Origin: Candidatus Desantisbacteria bacterium CG1_02_49_89
Lineage (GTDB): Bacteria; Desantisbacteria; UBA1551
Length of the DNA stretch: 36,459 nt
Direction: 5' to 3'
Assembly: GCA_001871075.1 (NCBI GenBank)
Contig: MNUP01000147.1
Coordinates: 1 to 36,459, forward strand
Part shown: positions 1 through 8,110 of the stretch, piece by piece
Layout: every line of letters starts with the position of its first letter
How positions within the stretch are numbered: position 1 is the first letter of the stretch
Made by a program: the position numbers and the translations under genes
The notes under the pieces: generated by a model
The model's database searches: none
Told to the model about the DNA's origin: nothing
The model's input: only the letters and a program-made list of their open reading frames with translations

Positions 1-1
1 T

Positions 2-226
2 CTCGATCTCCGCCATTTCCCTCAGCTCCGGGACTGCCTTCACCACTTCCAGGGGGCTTACGGTGGGGATTTTCTCCCTTTTGGAATAGCTGTATCTCTG
101 CGCTATCATGCCGCACGTGCTTATCATCTTGATTTTTTTCTGTGTCTTCGCGAAAAGACCTGCGGAAAACTGCATGAAGACCAGAACAAGAACCGCCGCT
201 ATAAAATATTTATTTATTTTTCGCAT
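2..226 (-). CDS. Secreted L-asparaginase/glutaminase-like protein, N-terminal part (runs off window)
   Basis: Manual translation from ATG 226 (GGAGG at 231-235): MRKINKYFIAAVLVLVFMQFSAGLFAKTQKKIKMISTCGMIAQRYSYSKREKIPTVSPLEVVKAVPELREMAEIE. Signal-peptide-like start, then an asparaginase-type N-terminus (TGGTIA-like motif ... VPEL..IAEIE). Not in the ORF track. Confidence 0.65.
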   Translation of the reverse strand, partial: MRKINKYFIAAVLVLVFMQFSAGLFAKTQKKIKMISTCGMIAQRYSYSKREKIPTVSPLEVVKAVPELREMAEIE

Positions 227-256
227 ATATCCTCCGGACTTGCGGTGCGCCAGCAC

Positions 257-1249
257 TTATTTCTCCGTGATCGTTTCGTCGACCTTCATCCCAAAATGCC
301 TTCCCGAAGATTCCGCGTAGCCCAGGACCTCGTCGCCTTTTTTCAGCTTCACGACCGAGACAGGCCTTCCGCCCGGCCTGGTCAGGCGTATTGTTTCCGC
401 GTTCTGCATAACGAGCGAAACCCGGTTTTTCCCGGATCTTGCCTCTACGAGGATCATTGGGCGTTTTTCCACCTTTGCCCTGCCGATTATCCCGGTCTGC
501 GCGTTACCCCTGAAATCCGTTATCGTGACTTCGCATCCGCTCCTAAGGTCCGCAAGGTACTTCATTTTTCCCTCGGGAACGCGCACGTATGCATGGACCC
601 CGCCCGCATTGACCCTGAAAGGCCTGGAAGCCACATAAGGATTTTCTATGCTTTCAGAGTGGACAAGGAACATCCCGCCTGAAGTATTTCCGACAAGCAT
701 CCCTTCTCCCGCCTTCATATTGGTGCAGGTATCGATGCATACCCTGTCGCCCATGCCCACGGGTCTGACGGCAGTTATTTTCAGCCTGGCAAGCGCGATT
801 TTTTCTCCGCTGCCTTTTATCATTTTCGAAACCTTCCTTATCTCGTTCGCGCCTTTTGCGTCCAGCAGTATGCCGTCAACGCCTTTTTCAAGGATCCCCA
901 GCGCGAGCCCCGCGTCCTGCGCGTTTTTCGCTTCGGCGATAAGATTGCCCCTCTGCGCCACAAGATTTTCAAGTGGAATGACCTTCCAGCTGCCGGTGCG
1001 GATTATAAGGATCTTGTTCCTGTTAGCCCTTGCTGCATTCTCCTCGTCTTTCTTGCTGTTTATAACAACCTCTAATACATCTCTGCCCGCGCGCAGGTCC
1101 CCGTCATCGGAAACCGTGGTTATCAGGCCCAGCTCCTTGACTTTTTTCGTAAATCCGCGGGGGACCATTACAGCGTCAGCGCCGCTTTCAAGCGCAGCAG
1201 TAACAAAATTCTTATTATAAGGTATGATCTTCACCCAGAACTTCTTCAT
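257..1249 (-). CDS. aroB': 3-dehydroquinate synthase II (AroB', archaeal-type)
   Basis: Motifs W.VIPLENL, GDRVCIDTC, RPFRVNAG.VHAY, LVMQNAETIRL, GRHFG. Start moved to ATG 1249 because the ORF-track extension (NLNLNL) is a hexamer repeat. Confidence 0.92.
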   Translation of the reverse strand: MKKFWVKIIPYNKNFVTAALESGADAVMVPRGFTKKVKELGLITTVSDDGDLRAGRDVLEVVINSKKDEENAARANRNKILIIRTGSWKVIPLENLVAQRGNLIAEAKNAQDAGLALGILEKGVDGILLDAKGANEIRKVSKMIKGSGEKIALARLKITAVRPVGMGDRVCIDTCTNMKAGEGMLVGNTSGGMFLVHSESIENPYVASRPFRVNAGGVHAYVRVPEGKMKYLADLRSGCEVTITDFRGNAQTGIIGRAKVEKRPMILVEARSGKNRVSLVMQNAETIRLTRPGGRPVSVVKLKKGDEVLGYAESSGRHFGMKVDETITEK

Positions 1250-1265
1250 TTTTTCTCTCAGATAC

Positions 1266-1554
1266 AGATTGAGATTTAGATTGAGATTGAGATTTTCGAT
1301 TGAGTCAAAACATATAATCACGAGATTTCACACGATTTTCACAAGAAATGTCATTGCGACCCGCCAATAAGTAGCGGCGGGGAAGCAATCTAATTAGATT
1401 ACCACGCCCTTCGGGCTCGTAATGACCGGAAAACGGTCATCTCGTGGAAATCTGTGTAATCGTGTGGTTAAAAATTCTAAATTTGAATTACCCCGCGGCA
1501 AGCCGCGGGGGGTTAAATCATATTTTTGCTAAATTTTAATCTCAATCTCAATCT
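1266..1554. repeat. Nested inverted-repeat composite between aroA' and aroB'
   Basis: Outer (GAGATT)n 1266-1294 and (AATCTC)n 1532-1554; inner element 1319-1470; hairpin CCCCGCGGC-AA-GCCGCGGGG 1491-1510. Confidence 0.85.
1319..1470. mobile_element. MITE-like palindromic element, copy 1
   Basis: CACACGATT/AATCGTGTG arms around GTCATTGCGA...GAAGCAATCT...AGATT...TCGTAATGAC. 1334-1356 is the exact reverse complement of 17455-17477. Confidence 0.7.
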
Positions 1555-1561
1555 GCTTTTA

Positions 1562-2353
1562 TTATTTAAGGAGCTTAAGCGCTTCTTCGACTTTTGTGCT
1601 TTTATGCACGACCGAAGCAATGGCTTTTACGATACCTATGGGATCCTTGTGCTGGAATGCGTTCCTTCCTATGGAAACTCCTGCCGCACCGCCCTTCATC
1701 GCCCCTTCCACCATTTCAAGTATTTCCTTGTCGGTTTCCATTTTTTCACCACCCGCTATCACAACGGGAACAGGGCATCCTCCGGTGACTTCCCTGAAAC
1801 TCTCGGCGCTCCCCGTGTAATTAACCTTGACTATGTCCGCTCCCAGCTCTGCCCCCACCCTTGCGGCGTGTTTCACCACAGCCGCATCGAACTGGTTCTT
1901 TATTTTTTGGCCCCGCGTATACATCATGGCAAGAAGCGGGATCCCCCATTCCGTGCTTTTTTTCGAGATAACGCCGAAATCCCTGAGCATTTCGCTTTCG
2001 TCTTCGGCGCCCAGGTTCACGTGTATGGATACGGCGTCAGCCCCAAGCCTTACCGCTTCCTCGACCGTGCATACCAGGACCTTAAAGTTAGGGTCGGGTG
2101 CAAGGCTCGTGCTTCCCGAAAGATGGATTATCAGGCCGATATCCTTGCCGCTGCCGCGGTGGCCTCCGCGTACAAGACCTTTGTGGAGCACTATCGCGTT
2201 CGCACCGCCGTTCACTATGTTGTCTACCGTTTCCTTCATGTTCTCAAGGCCTCTAATAGGTCCGACGGTCACGCCGTGGTCCATCGGAATGATAACGGTC
2301 TTTCCGGTATTCCTGTTTAGAATTCTCTCTATCCTTATTTCTTTTCCTATCAT
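1562..2353 (-). CDS. aroA': 2-amino-3,7-dideoxy-D-threo-hept-6-ulosonate synthase (AroA', DhnA-type class I aldolase)
   Basis: [27 protein letters not shown] (Schiff-base Lys), GRNAFQH; directly upstream of aroB'; GGGAGG before ATG 2353. Confidence 0.9.
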   Translation of the reverse strand: MIGKEIRIERILNRNTGKTVIIPMDHGVTVGPIRGLENMKETVDNIVNGGANAIVLHKGLVRGGHRGSGKDIGLIIHLSGSTSLAPDPNFKVLVCTVEEAVRLGADAVSIHVNLGAEDESEMLRDFGVISKKSTEWGIPLLAMMYTRGQKIKNQFDAAVVKHAARVGAELGADIVKVNYTGSAESFREVTGGCPVPVVIAGGEKMETDKEILEMVEGAMKGGAAGVSIGRNAFQHKDPIGIVKAIASVVHKSTKVEEALKLLK

Positions 2354-2383
2354 TTTATTCCTCCCCAAAAATTATTTCGGCGC

Positions 2384-2424
2384 AAAGAAAAACCTATCCC
2401 GCAAGCCTGACAATGGGATAGGTT
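2384..2424 (-). terminator. Intrinsic terminator-like hairpin upstream of aroA'
   Basis: AACCTATCCC/GGGATAGGTT 10-bp stem (2391-2424) followed on the minus strand by a T-rich run (TTTCTTT). Confidence 0.6.
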
Positions 2425-2466
2425 AAGAGAATTTCAAAAGAGTTTTCCTGCTTGCAGGCATTCTTC

Positions 2467-2937
2467 CTACTTCTCTCTTTCCATCACAAGCTCCGCTCTC
2501 CTGACTTCAGAAGTGCGGATGACCATATCCATAAGCGTGGGGTTTTCAAGCAACATGGAGCGGAAATCCTGCTTGGAAAGAATAAAGAAATCCGCGTCTT
2601 CCTCCACGATAACCGTGGCATTCCGCTTCCCGCCGACGAGCAGAGCCATTTCCCCGAAATATTCTCCCTGGCTTAGCTTTTTTATGCGGCTCTTGCCAAG
2701 GCCCTTCTTTACCCAGATGCCGACTTTGCCCTTTGAGATAAAATAGAAGGAGTCGCCTATATCTCCCTCGCGGACTACAGTTTCTCCCTTTTTAAACGAT
2801 ACCTTTTTCAGGCAGCAGAGAAGTTTTTCAAGCGCCGAAAGGTTGAACTGCGCAAGGAAATTGACGCCCCTCAGTATGGAATCAAGGCCACCGAGTTCCT
2901 TTTCGTCAATATCCTTTTTCTTTTCTTCTTTTGCCAT
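2467..2937 (-). CDS. Stand-alone cyclic nucleotide-binding domain protein
   Basis: FKKGETVVREGDIGDSFYFISKG, GEYFGEMALL...RNATV phosphate-binding cassette; no HTH domain. Confidence 0.88.
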   Translation of the reverse strand: MAKEEKKKDIDEKELGGLDSILRGVNFLAQFNLSALEKLLCCLKKVSFKKGETVVREGDIGDSFYFISKGKVGIWVKKGLGKSRIKKLSQGEYFGEMALLVGGKRNATVIVEEDADFFILSKQDFRSMLLENPTLMDMVIRTSEVRRAELVMEREK

Positions 2938-2959
2938 ATTTATCTCTTAGAAAAAAGAA

Positions 2960-3271
<312 letters not shown>

Positions 3272-3273
<2 letters not shown>

Positions 3274-3365
3274 TGAAAGGACGACCTCCCCGATGGGCTA
3301 TGCCATCGGGACGAGCTACCAGGCTGCTCCACCCCGCTGTCAATCAATCTTTCTATTGCTTTGTG
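3272..3365 (-). pseudogene. Degenerate duplicate of tRNA-fMet plus upstream flank
   Basis: 3311-3365 is identical to 3006-3060 (55 bp). Anticodon arm replaced by CCCGATGG-CATAGC-CCATCGGG; the T-arm remnant (AGGTCGTCCTTTCAA) runs into the nuclease ATG. Confidence 0.85.
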
Positions 3366-3474
3366 ATTCTTCAATAATTATCAAATTTAAGCAATAATAA
3401 ATATTATTTATGGAATAAAATAGGGTCGTCGATAAACCCTTTAAAACTGAAAATGGAAAATTGAGCAATGGACC

Positions 3475-3522
3475 GTCCCGATGTTACATCGGGACTCTGT
3501 TTTTTCGCTTTGCGAAAAAACA
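3475..3522. repeat. Two hairpins downstream of tRNA-Leu
   Basis: GTCCCGATG-TTA-CATCGGGAC (3475-3495) and TGTTTTTTCGC-TTT-GCGAAAAAACA (3498-3522). Confidence 0.75.
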
Positions 3523-3539
3523 TGGGCGAGGAGGGATTT
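3523..3539 (-). repeat. 17-bp duplicate of the tRNA-Leu 3' end (att-like)
   Basis: TGGGCGAGGAGGGATTT at 3523-3539 is identical to 3638-3654. Confidence 0.85.
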
Positions 3540-3637
3540 CTTCTCACCCGTCGCTTCCGCTCCTTCTTCGAAGCCGGCCGCCCTCTCTCTGACCAGCGGC
3601 GTTCGGGTCGGCTTCAAATCCCTTGAGTGTTTAAACG

Positions 3638-3720
3638 TGGGCGAGGAGGGATTTGAACCCTCAAGGCCTTGCGACCGACGGATTTTAAGTCCGTCGCGTA
3701 TACCGTTCCGCCACTCGCCC
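3638..3720 (-). tRNA. tRNA-Leu (TAA)
   Basis: GGGCGAG acceptor stem, ACGGA-CTTAAAA-TCCGT anticodon arm, long variable arm, GGTTCAAATCC T-arm, discriminator A; CCA not encoded. Confidence 0.95.
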
Positions 3721-3756
3721 AAACCTTGAGGCTTCCCTTTCCCACTTACCCCCTTT

Positions 3757-3784
3757 ATTATATACAAAAATAATACTATGTCAA
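3757..3784 (-). promoter_or_regulatory. Sigma70-type promoter for tRNA-Leu
   Basis: Perfect TTGACA (3784-3779), 16-nt spacer, TATAAT (3762-3757); the -35 box contains the ispG stop codon. Confidence 0.8.
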
Positions 3785-4872
3785 GAAAAACGTCGTTTAA
3801 AAGGATAATTTGATAGTTCGGACAAAAGAGCGCTGACTGCCTCACCTTCTTTTACTTTCCTTAAGATCCTGCCTTTTCTGAACAGAAGGGCGTTCCTGCC
3901 GCCGAACGCCAGGCCTATGTCTGCCTCCTTTGCCTCGCCCGGTCCGTTCACCTCGCAGCCCATGATGGCAACCCGTAAAGAACCGTGTAACGTGTTAGGT
4001 GTAAGGTGTAAGGCATTCTGAAATCTATGGACGATACGGGGAAGATTAACGCGGCAGCGGCCGCAGGTCGGGCAGGAAATTATTTCCACACCCCCGGAAA
4101 GCCCGGTTGCCTGCAGTACCTCGCGGCCTGCCTTGACTTCTTCAACGGGATCTCCTGTAAGTGAAACCCTTATAGTGTCCCCTATGCCCTCCAGAAGAAG
4201 GATACCGATACCCAGCGAAGATTTCACAATAGCCGGAATAAGAGGTCCGGTGGCTGTCATTCCCAGGTGCAGCGGGTAATCAACTTTGCCGGCAATAAGC
4301 CTGTATGATTCAACGGTTGAACAAATATCCGGAGTTTTAAGGGAAATCACGATATCCCTGAATTTTAATTTTTCAATGATGCGCACGTAATCCAGCGCCG
4401 CCCCTGCCATCCTGTGCGCCAGGTTTTCACGTCGTACGTCGGACGTCGGACGTCGGACGGTATTTAAAGAGCCCGAATTCACTCCCACCCGTATCGGAAT
4501 ACCCCTGCGCTTCGCCGCCCCTACTACGGCCTTGATCTCCTCCTGCCTTCTTATGTTACCGGGGTTTAACCTGATCTTATCCGCGCCGCTTTCGATGGCA
4601 GCGAGTGCAAGCCTGTAATTGAAGTGTATGTCCGCGACAAGGGGTATCTTTATTCTCTTTTTGATCTCTGCCAGCGCCTGAGCAGATTCTTCATCAGGAA
4701 CAGCAGCTCGGACAATCACGCATCCAGCAGCTTCAAGCTCCCTGACCTGGGCAACCGCTCTCTTAACGTCGGTGGCAGGCACTTTGATCATCGACTGAAC
4801 GGGGATCGCACTTCCCCCGCCCACCGGAATGTTTCCGACCCAAATTTTCCTTGACGTGCGCCTTTTTATCAC
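3781..4872 (-). CDS. ispG: (E)-4-hydroxy-3-methylbut-2-enyl-diphosphate synthase
   Basis: PVQSM, PLVADIHF, RLNPGN, RVGVNSGSL, GIGDTIRVSL, SCPTCGR, MGCEVNGPGEA. Confidence 0.96.
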   Translation of the reverse strand: MIKRRTSRKIWVGNIPVGGGSAIPVQSMIKVPATDVKRAVAQVRELEAAGCVIVRAAVPDEESAQALAEIKKRIKIPLVADIHFNYRLALAAIESGADKIRLNPGNIRRQEEIKAVVGAAKRRGIPIRVGVNSGSLNTVRRPTSDVRRENLAHRMAGAALDYVRIIEKLKFRDIVISLKTPDICSTVESYRLIAGKVDYPLHLGMTATGPLIPAIVKSSLGIGILLLEGIGDTIRVSLTGDPVEEVKAGREVLQATGLSGGVEIISCPTCGRCRVNLPRIVHRFQNALHLTPNTLHGSLRVAIMGCEVNGPGEAKEADIGLAFGGRNALLFRKGRILRKVKEGEAVSALLSELSNYPFKRRFS

Positions 4873-4878
4873 CGCTGT

Positions 4879-5916
4879 TTATCTCAACCTGATCCTGATT
4901 ATGTCCTTAAAGGTCGCGTAGACCACAAGTGTTGCGATAAGCGCGATCCCCACATATTCGAGCGCACGCCTGCTTTTGTCTGATACCGGCTTGCGCCTTA
5001 TTGCTTCCACCAGCAGTAAAAGTATAACACCCCCGTCAAAAATAGGAACGGGCAGCAGGTTAAGTATCGCAAGGTTGATGCTTATGAAACCTATAAAATC
5101 GAGGAAATTATTCACACCCTGCTGCGCCTGCGTGCCCAGCATCTGGAATATGCCTATAGGACCCGCTACATCCATCTTTGCCTTGCCGAACACAACAAGC
5201 ACAAGGCCTTTTATGACGGCGTATGAAAGAAGTCCTGTCTGCTTCAGGCCCTCCCAGATAGATCCGAAAAATGAAAATTTCTTCAGTTCCTCCCTGGGGC
5301 TGATGCCGATTATCTTGCTCTGCATGTCGCTGTCCCACCTGGTAGCGATACTGAACGCCATGGGCTCTTTGTCCCTTATTATCTGAATATCTATGGATTT
5401 GTCCATATTCTTGCGGATATTGCTTTGGACCTCCATCCAGTCTTTGACATTGACGCCGTTAATAGTTCTTATCAGATCACCCGGTTTCAGGCCCGCTGTC
5501 TGGGCGGGATAGCCGTCACTGACCTTGCCTATCACCGTGGACTGGAAATCATATACCGAAACGCCGACCATGAACACGGCCGAAAAAAGCAAAAAAGCCA
5601 GCAGGAAGTTGAAAACAGGCCCCATAAAATAAAGGAACATCCTCTGCCAGGGAGACCGGGAGCTAAGAAATTCTCTGCTCGCGCTCACATCCGCCGCGTC
5701 TGTTTCCCCCGCAACTTTCACAAATCCGCCCAGCGGGAAAGCCGATATGCAGTATCTTGTTCCGCCCCTGGTGAAACCCACTATGTCAGGCCCGTATCCA
5801 AGAGAGAACTTTTCCACCTTGACCCCGAGCTTTTTCGCCGCGAAAAAATGGCCCAGCTCGTGGAAGAATATCAGGAGCCCGAACCCTACAATTGAAGCAA
5901 CAATGGTAATTATCAT
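4879..5916 (-). CDS. rseP: RIP metalloprotease RseP
   Basis: HELGH, PDZ domain, NLLPVPIFDGG; canonical position between dxr and ispG. Confidence 0.95.
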   Translation of the reverse strand: MIITIVASIVGFGLLIFFHELGHFFAAKKLGVKVEKFSLGYGPDIVGFTRGGTRYCISAFPLGGFVKVAGETDAADVSASREFLSSRSPWQRMFLYFMGPVFNFLLAFLLFSAVFMVGVSVYDFQSTVIGKVSDGYPAQTAGLKPGDLIRTINGVNVKDWMEVQSNIRKNMDKSIDIQIIRDKEPMAFSIATRWDSDMQSKIIGISPREELKKFSFFGSIWEGLKQTGLLSYAVIKGLVLVVFGKAKMDVAGPIGIFQMLGTQAQQGVNNFLDFIGFISINLAILNLLPVPIFDGGVILLLLVEAIRRKPVSDKSRRALEYVGIALIATLVVYATFKDIIRIRLR

Positions 5917-5951
5917 TTTTTTCCCCGGTTTTTAAGTCTTTGATCTGAAGT

Positions 5952-7145
5952 CTATAGTCTGCTTTTGAAACCTGTTTCTATCACCCTGCGTGCTTCTTCC
6001 CTTGCCCACCTGTCCGCCTGCAAAAGTCGTTTGAGCATTGTCGTGCGTCGTGCGTCGTGCGTCGTGCGTAAATAATTATCCATGACTTTTTTAATAACTT
6101 TTGGGATGTCCGTGAATCCTATCATGCCGGAAAGGAACGCTTCGACCGCCTCCTCATCCCCCGCATTAAGCACTGCGGGCATGCAGCCGCCTTCCTTCAG
6201 CGCTGATCTGGCATAAGCAAGGCAGGGGAACTTTTTAAAATCCGGCCTGATAAATTCCAGCTTCCCCCAATTCGAAAGTTCAAGGACTCTGTAACGGGTC
6301 TTGAGCCTGTGCGGGAAAGAAAGCGCAAACTGTATCGGAATGCGCATATCCGGGTAAGCGATCTGCGCCAGGCTTGTTCCGTCAACAAACCTTACTATCG
6401 AATGGACCGCGGAGCCGGGATGTATCAGGACGTCTATTTTCTCCTGCGGTATGCCGAAAAACCTGCTTGTTTCAATAACCTCAAGCCCCTTGTTCATCAG
6501 GGTGGCTGAGTCAACCGTTATTTTCTTCCCCATTTTCCATACCGGATGCCTCAACGCGTCGCTTACAGTTATGTTTTTCAATTTGTTAGAGCTGAGTTTA
6601 TAGAACGGCCCGCCTGAAGCTGTCAGTATCACCCTCTCGATCTCTCCCGCATCCTTTCCCTGCATGCACTGGAATATCGCGCTCAGCTCGCTGTCCAGGG
6701 GGAGTATCCGGACCCCGCTCTTTCTTGCCTCAGCCATTATTATTTCGCCAAACCCTACTATCAGTTCCTTGTTCGCTAACGCTATTTCCTTTTTTCCCCT
6801 TATAGCGGACAGGATCGCGGCAAGGCTTTCCACGCCTGCGAGCGCCCCCACCACGGTATCAACCCAGCGGGCGCACGCTATCCTGGCAAGACCTTCCGCT
6901 CCCGGATAGACCCTGGCGCGGGATTTCGATCTGCTCAACCGTTTTGCCAGGTATTTCGCTTTTACGGGATCAAGCACTGCAACCGCTTCCGGCCTGAATT
7001 CCTCGATCTGCCCAAGAAGCAGGTCTGTGTTATGCCTGCAGGAAAGTGCATATACCGAAAACTCGCCCGGGAATCCGCGTATCACGTCGAGCGTGCTCCT
7101 ACCAACAGAACCAGTTGAACCGAGTACAGCTATTCTTTTACTCAT
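5952..7145 (-). CDS. dxr: 1-deoxy-D-xylulose-5-phosphate reductoisomerase
   Basis: LGSTGSVG, LANKE, PLDSE, LTASGGPF, W.MGKKITVDSATLMNKGLEVIE, PDMRIPI. Confidence 0.96.
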   Translation of the reverse strand: MSKRIAVLGSTGSVGRSTLDVIRGFPGEFSVYALSCRHNTDLLLGQIEEFRPEAVAVLDPVKAKYLAKRLSRSKSRARVYPGAEGLARIACARWVDTVVGALAGVESLAAILSAIRGKKEIALANKELIVGFGEIIMAEARKSGVRILPLDSELSAIFQCMQGKDAGEIERVILTASGGPFYKLSSNKLKNITVSDALRHPVWKMGKKITVDSATLMNKGLEVIETSRFFGIPQEKIDVLIHPGSAVHSIVRFVDGTSLAQIAYPDMRIPIQFALSFPHRLKTRYRVLELSNWGKLEFIRPDFKKFPCLAYARSALKEGGCMPAVLNAGDEEAVEAFLSGMIGFTDIPKVIKKVMDNYLRTTHDARRTTMLKRLLQADRWAREEARRVIETGFKSRL

Positions 7146-7157
7146 TATCCTTCATAT

Positions 7158-7958
7158 TTAGTAGATATAGTATGTGCTGAGATAATAATACATAAGCGGG
7201 GCGGTGAACAGAAGGCTGTCAAACCTGTCCAGGATACCGCCGTGCCCCGGGATAAAATCCCCCGAATCCTTTGTTTCAACGTCTCTTTTAAGGAAAGACT
7301 CGCACAGGTCGCCGAAAATTGTAAAGATACCTGTAAGCAGTCCAAGTATTATGCTGCCTTCCAGACTGAAATCGGAGACCCATAACCTTGCGACAAGAAA
7401 AACCGCGAGGCTGGCGCATACCCCCGCGATCGCGCCCTGCAAAGATTTCTTAGGGCTGACCTTCGGTATCAGCTTGAAAGTGCCCCACTTTTTTCCGATA
7501 AAATACGCTGCGGCATCGCAGCACCATGTTCCAAAAAAGAGAAGGTACAGAAAACGCACGCCCTTCTCTCTTATAAGGAAAAGGTAGCTCATCAAGAACG
7601 TCACGTACAGGACGCCTAAGATGGTAGTTGCTATGTTCACTGTCGGGCTGAATCTTTCTTTTTTCTTCGAGAACGCGGCCTTGAACATCTCCACTATAAT
7701 GGAAAGCAGCAGAAAAATTATAAGTATGAAAATAGGGCTGAATATTTTACGGTATATGCTTATGCAAAGAAGGAAGCTTATGAATATCCCTATCTCGTAC
7801 TGGGGGTTGGACCTTTTTCTCTGGAGGTCGTAGAACTCCGTAAGCCCCAGTATCGCGGTCCCGGCGACAAAGATCAGGAACGAAGCCCCCCCGAAATAGA
7901 CCGCGAGGAAGAGTATGGGAACAAAGATCACGGTTGTTATGAGCCTTTCCGTCAGCAT
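7158..7958 (-). CDS. cdsA: Phosphatidate cytidylyltransferase
   Basis: Hydrophobic protein; SPKKS..G, GDLCESFLKR...KDSG..IPGHGGILDRFDS. Confidence 0.95.
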   Translation of the reverse strand: MLTERLITTVIFVPILFLAVYFGGASFLIFVAGTAILGLTEFYDLQRKRSNPQYEIGIFISFLLCISIYRKIFSPIFILIIFLLLSIIVEMFKAAFSKKKERFSPTVNIATTILGVLYVTFLMSYLFLIREKGVRFLYLLFFGTWCCDAAAYFIGKKWGTFKLIPKVSPKKSLQGAIAGVCASLAVFLVARLWVSDFSLEGSIILGLLTGIFTIFGDLCESFLKRDVETKDSGDFIPGHGGILDRFDSLLFTAPLMYYYLSTYYIY

Positions 7959-7976
7959 TCAATTCTCCTTAAAATT

Positions 7977-8106
7977 ACCACGAAAGCACGAAATTAACCA
8001 CAGGTGAACACAGGTTAACACTGTTTTAGATAAAATCATTGTTTTGATGTCCCATTGGGACATAACTCATAATTATCTTTTACTAATGGCTAATTGACAA
8101 ATGACT
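7977..8106. repeat. Mosaic of repeat remnants in the cdsA-uppS gap
   Basis: ACCACGAAAGCACGAAA, AACCACAGGTGAACACAGGTTAACACTG, palindrome ATGTCCCA-T-TGGGACAT (8047-8063), loose heptamers 8083-8106. Confidence 0.55.
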
Positions 8107-8110
8107 GCAT

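Noticed and set aside
1250-1321. N-terminal extensions on AroB' (NLNLNL), the flavoprotein (15114-15155) and L31 (26435-26527)
   Set aside because: They are translations of intergenic repeats; better starts lie downstream where family similarity begins.
3441-3845. 134-aa minus-strand ORF across tRNA-Leu
   Set aside because: It spans the promoter, tRNA and hairpins with no protein motif.
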